Source: Amoebidium appalachense (Eukaryota > Protista > Ichthyosporea). Taken from it: a stretch of 64,000 nt of DNA. The number at the start of each line of letters is the position of its first letter. The first letter of the stretch is position 1. The notes below the pieces were generated by a model. It had not been told where the DNA came from. It searched no databases and saw only the letters and a list, made by a program, of their open reading frames with translations. The stretch spans positions 3,162,001 to 3,226,000 of the forward strand of contig CAVNZM010000010.1 in NCBI GenBank assembly GCA_963693365.1, given 5' to 3'. Positions 1 through 10,665 of the stretch are shown here, one piece after another. The translations under genes and the position numbers were made by a program.

Positions 1-107
1 ACACACACACACACTGCACCTCCCCCACCTCCCCCACGCCCCCCCACCTCCCCCAAACTTCGTAGTATATATTTCTTTCTAACCTGCTCTCCCCCCACCA
101 CCCACAG

Positions 108-380
108 GACAATCTCCGTCTCCAAAGCGGCTACTTTGCCACCACCGTGTCCCTCGTTGTCCCCGATGAGCACCCACCAGCATGGGGGCCCACTCTGCTA
201 CCCCCACAACTACTCGAAGCAAACAACGTACGCAGTGCACTAGACTCCCTAACTGTCACAATGAGAAGACGTCTGGGGTCGGCGTTTGACCAGAGAACGA
301 GGGAGGCGTGGTTGGCCGGATGTGCTCTTGTTGCCCAGGAGGCAGGGCACGGGGGTAGCACTAGGTCACTGTTGAACTGA
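108..380 (+). CDS. Probable last exon of an upstream gene; C-terminal part resembles globin G/H helices
   Basis: Branch-like CTAAC at about 79-83, C-rich tract, acceptor CACAG|108. Open frame DNLRLQSGYF...ALDSLTVTMRRRLGSAFDQRTREAWLAGCALVAQEA...LN* ending in TGA at 378-380. Confidence 0.45.
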   Translation, partial: DNLRLQSGYFATTVSLVVPDEHPPAWGPTLLPPQLLEANNVRSALDSLTVTMRRRLGSAFDQRTREAWLAGCALVAQEAGHGGSTRSLLN

Positions 381-911
381 GGGAGTGTGAATGTTTCTTA
401 CTTATTCAGAATATAGGTTGAAGAGACAGATACAGTCGAATGTTTTCTTGTCTGTCTATTGGTATGGGTACGTGTGACGTGCACTTGTTGTATTATAAGC
501 TACGAGTGCTTAATGAATGAAAAGCAAGCTTTGAGAAATCAATTCTTTAGGTGCCTTTGCCAAATTTAGCCTGAACCACTACAGTTGTATACGATTTCAC
601 TATTACTTGGCTTGCCCTGGGCTATGGCATGGGTGCCACGGATATAGGACTCGGAACTATGTCGTGCTTTGTATTCTAATATCGGATATTTAGTGTGATA
701 CCTCCTGGCTGTATTCATAAACAATAGTTTTAGTGTGTGATACATTGTTCTATAAGACCTTTAATTAAGAGGTGTTTGTCTCTTTTATGCACGCGGCAGC
801 TCATGTAAATTATCCACCCAGGCCATAAACAATTTGAACTTATTACAGAAATGTCGGTCAAATTGATTTGTGCATAGCGGTTTAAGAGTGTCGGTGGGTG
901 GGTGGGTGGGC

Positions 912-978
<67 letters not shown>

Positions 979-1425
979 CTTTCGTGCGTGTGTGCATGAA
1001 TATTTCACTCTCTCCCCCGCCCCCTCCCCCCGCTCCCTCTCTCTCCTCGTCTGCATTCCTCTCTCCTCGTCCCCCCCTCTCTCCTCGTCTGCATTCCCCC
1101 TCCCCCCCCCCCCCCCCCCCCCCCTCCCCCCATCGATCGCGAAAATTCGGTCCCTTCCCTCCCTCCCTCCCCCCTCCCATCACCATGCCCCTCCCCCCCC
1201 CTCCCTTCCCCCCCCCCTCCCCCCCCCCCCCCAATCCCCCCCTCCGCTGGTGTTCTTTCTGACAGGTGCCATTGTTCTGCTACGAGCACTGCCCGGGTCG
1301 ATTGCACACAGGCCACACGGGCAGTCTCGCTGCATTTGTGTGCATCACTTACCTGGGGCATACCCATGCTAAGGCTCGTCCTAACATTATCAGGCTTATC
1401 AAAAAGCTTTGGTGAGGACCCAATG

Positions 1426-1849
1426 CAACCACATCGGCAGAACTGACTTGCTCTAATCAGATTTAATCTGAAAACAGCAGGACCATTCTGGAAGAAGCAG
1501 AGTTATTCCACTTTTGCAGAATTATTCTGCAGACGCAGGATTATTCCGGCTTACGCAGAATTATTTTGCAAAAGCGGAATTATTTCGCAAAAAGCAGAGC
1601 TTTTCTGCTCTTCCCGTGACAGCTAGAGGCATAAATTTGCTACATGTACAAGTAGATCTGAGTAGTTCTGCTTTCTGCAAAAACCTTGATAACTCTGCTC
1701 TTGGCAGAATAGTTCTGCATTTGTAGAACAATTCTGCTTTTGCAGAATAGTCCTGCTTGTTGCAGAATTTCTCTGCTTTTTGAAGACTATTTCTACTCTT
1801 TGCAGGATAATTCTGCTCAGAGCAAGTTGATTTTGCCGCAATGTGGTTG
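1426..1849. mobile_element. Foldback/MITE-like element with long imperfect terminal inverted repeats built from about 20-nt subrepeats
   Basis: Left end CAACCACATCGGCAGAACTGACTTGCTCT matches the reverse complement of the right end AGAGCAAGTTGATTTTGCCGCAATGTGGTTG. Arms (about 190 bp) are arrays of quasi-palindromic GCAGAATTATTCTGC variants. No clear TSD. Confidence 0.65.
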
Positions 1850-2015
1850 GTCAACGGGGGGGGGGGGGGGGGGGGGGGGGGGATGGGGCCACGCGTGTTT
1901 AGTGTTAAGATAATACACTTTCTGCGCCACATCGCGGAATGGGTCCTGTTACGTACGTACGTGCAGCCACCGGTCGTGGGTTTGGGACAGGTCACGCAGT
2001 ACAGGGGTGTGCTAT

Positions 2016-2195
2016 ATATAAGATTTTCCGTGAATAAGATTCTAGCGCTAGATTTTTTGAAAAATTTATGATTCTAGCTGTCTAGCCCCCATGACACATA
2101 TGAAAATAAAGATTTTTCTCCTTGTCTTTGTGGGCTAGAGGGGTCTGGGACTAAGATTCTAGCTGGCTAGGGCCGAAATCCATGTAATCTTATAT
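2016..2195. mobile_element. Small putative MITE abutting the truncated 5' end of the retrotransposon
   Basis: 10-bp inverted ends ATATAAGATT (2016-2025) / AATCTTATAT (2186-2195); three internal GATTCTAGC..CTAG repeats. Confidence 0.35.
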
Positions 2196-5039
2196 TCGGC
2201 TACGAGTTGTCACAGTTACCAATGTCCACTGTTATTTTAGGTGATTTTAACACGCGACTCCACCACACAGACACACTGCAAGTGAGTGTCGGGTACCCAT
2301 CTAAGCCCCCGGAGCGTGCTATCCCTTTAGCAAGGTATGTCCAAAGTCACACTTTGCGGTTCCCTCAAATATCCCATGCCCACAACACCGACTGGGGAGT
2401 GGCCTTTTGGCCATCAACCATGTCAAAACTCTCTCTCCCTCCTAACCTCTCTAGGTCATCTGACCACTCTCCTATCCTTTTCCTACCTAAGATCTCCCTT
2501 GATCTGCTCCCCCCTCCCCCTCCCACCTTTCGCCTCCGTCTATCCCAGCTTAAGTCACAGTGGGGTAGAGTTGATGTATGTGTATGCTATGCTACGAAAC
2601 ACCCTATATATATGCGCCTATTAGAATCTGCACAAGCCAGGCCAGATTCACATCTCGTACTAGATACATGCACTAACTTTATTGTTGATGATTTGATAGA
2701 TCTCGGTGATTATGCTGGCGGTTGGTGGAAGGAATATCCCGATGCTCTCTTGTTACCAAACACCACTCCCGCTAGACTAGGTGAACCCGTGTCTCAAAAG
2801 GAAAGCTTGCGCCGGCTTGCTAGTATGAATCGATTTGGCCCCCCTGCTCGTATTATTGGTGATACCACTGGAGACCCCCTCATAGACTCTGATAAGTATT
2901 TCTCGGAACTGTTTAAAGATAGGACCCCCGCTCAGAAACCTATTGTGTGGCCTGTAGACCCATCTATCCCCATAGAATCGATCCTCCCCTTTTTCAGTCC
3001 CGATGCCATATGGTCTGTGATATCTAGTTATAGCTCTAGTAAGTCTTGTGGACCTGATGGACTCCCTGCTGGGTTTCTTAAAATCCTTGTTCCCTCCTAC
3101 CCACAAAAGGAAAGTGATCGTGCTATTAAACCTGATCTTACTATCATGTTAAGCTCTCTCTTTTCTTGGTGTGTTAAATGTGGACATGTCCCGTCATCTT
3201 GGTTAGATACCTTAGTGATCCCCATAGTTAAGAAGGACTCTGAGGGCCCCATATCATCCTTTCGCCCCATTACACTAACCCAGGTTGTTCGTAGATTCTT
3301 TGAAGCTTGCTTACTTAGGTTATTTGCACATCACCCTAGGTTTCAATCTATTCTTCACATACACCCATGCCAATCCGCTTTTCGTAAAAACAATTCATGT
3401 TATGTTCAAATAATGGCACTGCACGATTCTATGCAAGTTGGTGCACAATATGTTGGCTTTATTGATTGGAAAACTGCTTACGATTCTGTCTCCCCTGGTC
3501 TCCTATGGGAAAAGCTTGCTGCACGGGGTGTACCACACTGCATTGGTGTTCTGTTAGAAGCACTCTTGTCTCAAACCTATGGTAGAGCTGTGGTTAATGG
3601 GCATCTTTCATATGGTTTTGCTCGTACTAGAGGTCTCTTGCAGGGTTCATTGCTTAGCCCCTTTTTGTTTAACCTATTTATAGATGATTTGGCTGTCAAG
3701 ATTTACGCCGAAAACGATGACCCTATTAATAACTTTCCGCCTGCACTTCTCTATGCTGATGATCTGTCCCTCCTTGCCCGTACCCCTAGACGCCTGCAAA
3801 GATTGTTCGATGTAGTGTCAGAGTGGTGCAAGGCAAACCTTATGATCCTTAACATAGACAAATGTGGTGTTCTTGTACCTGATATAGCTAACAATTTACA
3901 CACATTTACATTATCATCTAAACCTGTACCTATAGTTCCAGAATACAAATATCTTGGTGTTCCGGTTGATTCTGTTGGTGTTATGTTTCCCCATATGGTC
4001 GAAAAGAGGGTAGAGTTGGCTCGTAAGCGGTTAGCTTTCTTCTCGGCTAATATTTTTAAAGACACACCCCTCCATCCTTCTATTAGACTTACATTTATTC
4101 GCACTTTTGTCTTCCCGGCATGTGAATATGGTTTACCCCTTCTCGCCGCTTGGATCAAGAAAGAGAGAACTAGAGCGCTTAAACCCTTGGCAAATTTCCT
4201 TGAAGCAGAAGTTGCCTCCTTTCTATCTAACAACTGTTGTAAACCTGGGCCTGTAACGCTCTCGATATATGGTCTGGTCCCAATAGCTGCTAGAGTATCC
4301 TATCTCGCGCTGAAATTCAATAAGCACATAAGCCGCTTAAAGAAGTATTTGCCCTCCCACCCTCTCTTCTCTATCCGACCTGTCCCCTCCTCACCTCTCC
4401 CCTCTTTCCTCCCCTCTCTCTCCCCTTCTCCCCTGGGCACAAATACAAATAAACCCCGCAATAGTGTGTGTGTGACTTTGGACTGCCACTTACTTATTAA
4501 ACATGTACACAATCACAAGATAACCACGCAATATAACAAATGGAAAAAGATACCACACGACACTAGACCCGATGAAAGCATACACCTTGAAAAACTAAGC
4601 CTTATGTCTCGTTTTATATATACTGACCGCCTCAACCATATTGCCAAATATGGCACTCGCAAGTGTATAACACCTAAATACATATTACCTTCCTGTAGAA
4701 CTGGTCTTTCTCTAGCTGATGGTATTATTGATCAATTACCACGCTTTTACTGTACACGTGCTATACAGTGGAGATCTAATAAGTATAAGGTGGCATCATT
4801 TGCATGCCCAAACAACACACACACACACCAGTTTAACCGGTCATGTATCGCCAAATGTAGTTTGATAGACCACATAATACCGCCACACACACACGTCACA
4901 TTCACAACAGACACCCAGAAAGATAGCCTACCTGTAAATTACAACATCCTTGATTTTATACTAAACACGCGTAACTACGACCTGTTTATTAGATGTATTG
5001 ATTGGCTTGAGAAACACATCACTACAAAATTATAGCGCA

Positions 5040-5118
<79 letters not shown>

Positions 5119-5150
5119 CCAGCTGATACCGAGTGTCCCGAGGGGAGCCC

Positions 5151-5200
<50 letters not shown>
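2196..5200 (+). mobile_element. LINE-like element, 5'-truncated, with a (CA)n 3' UTR and poly(A) tail
   Basis: The ORF starts just before GDFN, so the N-terminal half of APE is missing (in-frame TAG at 2168). The stop at 5035 is followed by (CA)n at about 5044-5117, about 38 nt of unique sequence and an A-run at about 5155-5200. Confidence 0.85.
2207..5035 (+). CDS. Non-LTR retrotransposon ORF: partial apurinic-type endonuclease, reverse transcriptase and Cys-containing C-terminal domain
   Basis: 942-aa uninterrupted ORF. APE motifs ILGDFN and SSDHSPI; RT motifs KSCGPDG, FRPITL, QSAFR, FIDWKTAYDSV, GLLQGSLLSPFLFNLFIDDL, LLYADD, NIDKC, YKYLGV; C-terminal WRSN..CP..FNRSC..C..NILDFILN. Confidence 0.95.
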   Translation: MSQLPMSTVILGDFNTRLHHTDTLQVSVGYPSKPPERAIPLARYVQSHTLRFPQISHAHNTDWGVAFWPSTMSKLSLPPNLSRSSDHSPILFLPKISLDLLPPPPPTFRLRLSQLKSQWGRVDVCVCYATKHPIYMRLLESAQARPDSHLVLDTCTNFIVDDLIDLGDYAGGWWKEYPDALLLPNTTPARLGEPVSQKESLRRLASMNRFGPPARIIGDTTGDPLIDSDKYFSELFKDRTPAQKPIVWPVDPSIPIESILPFFSPDAIWSVISSYSSSKSCGPDGLPAGFLKILVPSYPQKESDRAIKPDLTIMLSSLFSWCVKCGHVPSSWLDTLVIPIVKKDSEGPISSFRPITLTQVVRRFFEACLLRLFAHHPRFQSILHIHPCQSAFRKNNSCYVQIMALHDSMQVGAQYVGFIDWKTAYDSVSPGLLWEKLAARGVPHCIGVLLEALLSQTYGRAVVNGHLSYGFARTRGLLQGSLLSPFLFNLFIDDLAVKIYAENDDPINNFPPALLYADDLSLLARTPRRLQRLFDVVSEWCKANLMILNIDKCGVLVPDIANNLHTFTLSSKPVPIVPEYKYLGVPVDSVGVMFPHMVEKRVELARKRLAFFSANIFKDTPLHPSIRLTFIRTFVFPACEYGLPLLAAWIKKERTRALKPLANFLEAEVASFLSNNCCKPGPVTLSIYGLVPIAARVSYLALKFNKHISRLKKYLPSHPLFSIRPVPSSPLPSFLPSLSPSPLGTNTNKPRNSVCVTLDCHLLIKHVHNHKITTQYNKWKKIPHDTRPDESIHLEKLSLMSRFIYTDRLNHIAKYGTRKCITPKYILPSCRTGLSLADGIIDQLPRFYCTRAIQWRSNKYKVASFACPNNTHTHQFNRSCIAKCSLIDHIIPPHTHVTFTTDTQKDSLPVNYNILDFILNTRNYDLFIRCIDWLEKHITTKL

Positions 5201-5201
<1 letters not shown>

Positions 5202-6103
5202 GGGGAACCCCAACTAATTGATTTCTCCTTGTAGTCTTTATGGTGTCTCGTAGAGAAAGTAAACCCTGATATATAGTCACCACCCGACATCTATGTACGT
5301 GATCATGATATACCGCTGAGGGGATATTCCGAGCAAAACCCCCCCCATACCTGAGACTGGTTCTCTTTGCCTCGAGTAAACAGCGTAAACCCCCTACCCA
5401 TCTACCTGGTATTTCTGGTTAATGTGCCCATGCCATCATGATACCTATGTAGTACCTGGCACGGCTGAAAACTGCTTTCTTGCTACGTGCAACACAGTGC
5501 ACTAAAATAGCGCACATAAGAGCCTGTTATTGGCGGCACAGTGAGTGCAGCAGCTAATAGCTCTGTTTATACCATTAGCTGGTCACTATGAATTTTCCCG
5601 TATACGCTCAGTATCCCTCGCTGTCGATATAAGCAACCGACGAAGCAGACATGTATCAGGATATGTGGATATTCTTCAAAGACCTGCATGTGATCATTGC
5701 TTTAGTTAAAATTTCACATTGCCTGTTAATATTTTTTACATTAAATTACGATGTACTAATAAATTTTCTATTTTAGCGCTGCATGGATTCCGGTTTGTAT
5801 GCTACCCCCAGCCGAGGCCTCGTCCGACGATTTCCCTCAAGGTTGCCCCCATCCCCCCCCCCCCCCCCCTCCCCCCCCCCCCCCCTTCCCCCCCCCCCCC
5901 CCCCCCCCCCCAAACACACACACACACACTCACCGGTCCCCCAGCCACCCACCTACCCTCCCCCTCCAGCACATCACTCTTCCCCATCCCCCCTCCCCCC
6001 CGCCCCCCCTCCCCTCCCCCCGCGCAAACACACACATAGACACACACACATGTACTCAGGACATACATACTCCCACCCATTCCCCCCGGCCCCCCCCCCC
6101 CCA

Positions 6104-6134
<31 letters not shown>

Positions 6135-6145
6135 CCCCTCCCCCC

Positions 6146-6176
<31 letters not shown>

Positions 6177-6402
6177 ACACATTCCCCTGCCAATTGCATC
6201 ACAAACACGGCCGCCGCCGCCGCCGCCGCCGCCGCCACTACCACCACACACACGCTGTCACACAGACGTGACACAACACCCCACACTTTCACTTTCACTG
6301 TGACCCGCTCTCCACAACCCCTCATACCACCCTCCTTACTGAGATATCTCAGCTGCCTCCGTCACTCCTCGACAAGTACAGCATCACAGATCGGACACGG
6401 TA

Positions 6403-6447
<45 letters not shown>

Positions 6448-7332
6448 ACACACACCAATCATATACCCCCCCCTCCCCTGTGTACCCCCCCCCCCCCCTC
6501 TAATTTTTTTACACCCCCCGCCTCCCCCCTCCCCTCCCCTCCCCACTCCCCCCTTCCCCCCCCCCCCCCTGCCCACGGGGCCCACGGGGCCCTTGCACTA
6601 CATAACAGTTCCCGCCGGAACCTTCCACCTCCCCCTCCCCCCCCCCCCCCCCCCCGGCCCCCCCCCCTCACCCCACCTCCCCTATTCCTCTCTCCCCCGA
6701 CGCCCCCCCCAATTCTCTGGCCATCACATGTACTTTCCAATGCAGCCACACCGTGGCGCACACTCACATGTGCGTGGTGCTGATCAAATGGACCAGGTAC
6801 TGTACACACACACACGCACACCGTTGAACACACACACACTGCCAGTGTCGAACCAAACAATGTAGTGAAACACATTCCTTGCGCATAATGAAGCGTCACT
6901 TCGCAAATAACGAGCCCCACAGGGGGAGAGTATCTTCCTCTTCTTTTTCACAGATTTCCCCCCCCTGGCCACCACCAACCCCTCTCCCCCCACTTTTTTT
7001 CCTTTAGTAATTTACCCCTGCCTCTTTTTTCTTTTCTTTTTTTTCCTTTTTCTTTCTTTCTTTTTTTTTTTTGCGTGTGTGTGAGTGTTTGTGTGGGTGT
7101 GGGTGTGCGTGTATGTGTGCGTGTGCCGGTGTACGTGCATATGTCAGGCTGTGTGTGTTTGTCTTTTGTGTTTGTGTTCGGGTGTGTGTGTGTGTGTGTG
7201 TGTGTGTGTTCCGTGTGTGCCGTTTGTGTGTGTGTGTGTGTGCCGGTGTGTGTGTTTGTGTGTGTGTGTGTGCCGGTGTGTGTGCATGTGTAAGGCTGTG
7301 TGTGTGTGTCTTTTGTGTGTGTGCGTCACGCC

Positions 7333-7401
<69 letters not shown>

Positions 7402-8213
7402 TGGGTGGGTGCGGGCGGGGGGAGGGAGGGCGGGAGGGGGAGAGAAGAGGGGAGGAGGGGGTGGGGGGTTGGATGGGATGGAGTGGGGTGGGGGGGGGGG
7501 GGGGGGGGAGGGGGAGGAGTAAACTGGATTTGCCAGACGTTTTGCCTCGAGCCTGAGACTATTACATTTTTCGCGGCCAGTCACAAGTTCGTTGGTGTTG
7601 ACAAACCAGAAAGTTTGTAAAAGGAAACTAATTCAAACGGTTTACAATTCTGCAGCCGAGTCCTTCCCCTCCTCCCCCCCCCCCCCCCCCCTCACTATCT
7701 TCCGCCCTCCCCCTTTCCCCCATGACCAGCACAAGTACACACACTACCGTGTCACGGTCCGCACGATACTTTGACCACCCCCGCAGGCACGCTCACACAC
7801 ACACACATACGTGTGCACGCACACACACAAACCACACACACACACACACCCACGCCCACACCCCTCTCACACACACCGCAGTGCACACACATACACACGT
7901 ACACACCGGCCGTGACACACACCAGTTACGTTAGCCGGTTACTGAATATCTTAGCAATTGAAAGCCAAACAGATGAAATCCCCGCACTACCACCCGTTCA
8001 GCACCTGATGTATAATCGATCACATAACTTTGACGTTTTCTATGTTATGGGTTATTGTTGGGCTCAGAACCACATATCACATTTTGAAAGCACACCTGTG
8101 TCCGACTCCTAAGACTAAGAAAAAGGCCCGTCAGTGCATGTCCGCCTGACTGAGAGTATTACAGAATCCGCCCATATGCAGCTCCCCCTCGAGGGACCCT
8201 CCCCCCCCCCCCG

Positions 8214-8254
<41 letters not shown>

Positions 8255-8744
8255 ACCACAAAAAAAAAAAAAAAAAAAAAGGGGGGGGGGGGTAAAAGTA
8301 ACACTAACTCCTGAGCAGTAATTTATATGTTAGGAACTTCGAATTCATGTACTACATACGGGACAGCCTCCAAAACATACGAACCCCCGCCTGGCCTTAC
8401 TTACGGTAATCCCCCGGCATGTGCATGTTCGCATGCCCCATCTACGGCCCATCCGGCAGCACATGCAGGCCTGTGGGGGCCTCACAAACGTAGTATGCAT
8501 ACCGTATGATACATACGTTATAAAAGCAACCAAAATGACGTCGACCCTTGGCCACCTATATGCCCGTCAATCACTGGCACCGATGAATTTATACCCTTGA
8601 TATATGAGCCCCTCCAATGAAGTTCCATACTGTCTCGTGATATACCAACGATCGGTAGAAACGATCGGACCATTGAAAACAATGAACGGGAGGGCCAAAA
8701 GAAGATGCAGCCCCCCCCCCCCTGCTCCCCCCTCTCCCCCGCTA

Positions 8745-9969
8745 CTATTCTAACACATACGCACCACTCACGATGTTCTTGAACACCCCACCGCGCCCCC
8801 TAACTGCCTCCCCCAGCTGTTTCAAGCTGTGCCCATGCTCCACTTTCACCCCGCATTTCAGCTCCACATCTTTGAGCTCTTGCAATCCCACCAAGCTCTC
8901 CACACCTACGATATCTCCGAAAAAATGCAGCACGAGTTTTTCCTATCTTCGGCATTTTCAAATAGGCGCAACGTCGAGAATTCCAGTGTCTGGGTCTGTT
9001 TTGCATTTTTTCTTGCAGGGGCGCTTGTCGTCGCTGTCGCTTTCACTTTCGCTGTTGCTGTTGCTGTTGCTGTTGTTAACGTCGTCGCTTTCGTTTACAC
9101 TGTCGTTGTCGCTCCACGGCCTCCTCTCTGCTTTTACACCCGATGCCGCAGGGTAGTCGACGGCTGCCAGTATGAGTACCAGCAGGTTCTCGCACAATGC
9201 AATCGTCGAAACATCAACCAAGGTGGCGTAGCACTTCATGTCCAACAGTTGGAGCGCGAAAATGACGCCATGAAACGCAAATTCGCACCGTAGAACCTCT
9301 CGATTTTCATTTCCGAAAGATTCGTCGTGTTGTTTACTTGCGTAAAATCTGCCCCTTCTGACCGTGACGTTTCGAGCACTTCCACATACAGTTTTCTTAA
9401 GGGGGCCACCGTTTTGATGCCCTGCATGTGTCCGTCATTATATATAATTACAGCAGTCTTCTCGCCGATCATCATTCCCTCTGACCACGATTTCAATGAG
9501 GTGCTTGAGTTTGGCCATGTCAGGGGGTACATCCCTCGCCCGTTGGAAGGACAGAAACCGCAGGTGAGGTAGTTCCCCAAGAATTTCGACTAAAGCACGG
9601 TGGTTGATGTCAATAGCCAGCCGTGGTAGCGCAAGATGTTCGAGGAACTTGCATTGTTCGAGGGCCTGTAAGTCGTCAGCGGCGAAGGATGCGGTAGAGA
9701 CGTACATTTTCGAGCTTCGTCAGTTTGCTTAAAAATTCGCCGAGCTTTTCAGGCTGTGCCCCACTGACCGGCCCACTGTGGCATGCTATCATGAGGGATG
9801 TGATGCCATTGCATGGTGAAGATTGCAGGGCGGCCATCAGGGAGTCATAGAATTCATATTTTACTTTGAGACTCTTCACGTTAGGATGGGAGGCCAAAAA
9901 CTCGTGTAGTTTTTGCAGTGACGAGACGCCATAGCCTCCGTCGTATTCTACGGGTGGCTCAGAGGCCAT
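8745..9969 (-). pseudogene. Intronless leucine-rich-repeat (RNI/F-box-LRR-like) gene broken by about 5 single-base indels
   Basis: Overlapping - strand ORFs (9676-9987, 9438-9707, 9236-9580, 8958-9245, 8745-8933) join into one LRR-like protein: VKSLKV, ITSLMI, LTKLEM, LEHLAL, LPHLRFLSF, LRKLYV, LQLLDMKCYATLVDVSTIALCENLLVLIL, an acidic S/D/N tract plus KRPCKKKCK, LQELKDVEL. ATG at 9969. Confidence 0.75.
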
Positions 9970-10617
9970 TTTCAGCTGATCCGGCACTGAGTCGACGAAA
10001 CGTGTATGTAGAGCTGCGTGGCAAACGTTTGTCTAAACCACAATCCTAGTATAGAGGAAAGATAGTTGTACGGGAGATATATGGATCAAGAATTAGAGCT
10101 GTTGACGTGTTAATATTATTATATATACCGTGCCGCTTTTATTACCGTACAGCTTGAAAGGGAGCTGTGCGTGAATTATTCAAGTCACTCCTTATATATG
10201 GTTGCATACGGCGGTACAGTTGCGCTAGCTGGTTGCGCTTCTCTGTCGTAAGTGTCAAGATCTTCCCACAAACAACTTGAAAAAAGCGTCATGGGAATCA
10301 CGTGCAACTGCCCGAGTCTGCGTATCAACTACCTCCGTAGCAGCCCTCTCTTGTTTGTGCTTCTTGCGGACAGAATAAACACGTACAAGTCCTCACGACA
10401 GGCCCTGTGGGAATTGCACCCTTACCCCCCACATTATCCAACTACATATCTGCAGTTTGTATGCTCACGTATGGATCGATCCATAGGTGATGTAATGTGA
10501 TATCACATTACATGACTTTCCAAATTCTCAGATCTCTGTCTCGCTACATGTACACGTGAGACAGCTCAGAATGGAGGAGGAGGAGGAGGAGGAGGAGGAG
10601 GGGGGAGGAGGAGGGGG

Positions 10618-10665
<48 letters not shown>

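Noticed and set aside
5118-5420. Hammerhead or HDV ribozyme at the LINE 3' end
   Set aside because: CTGA occurrences are not followed by the NGA..GAAA core with suitable stems; I could not build the fold by eye.
8345-8520. Possible small TIR element (CATACGG / CCGTATG)
   Set aside because: The inverted match is only about 7 bp and there is no TSD.
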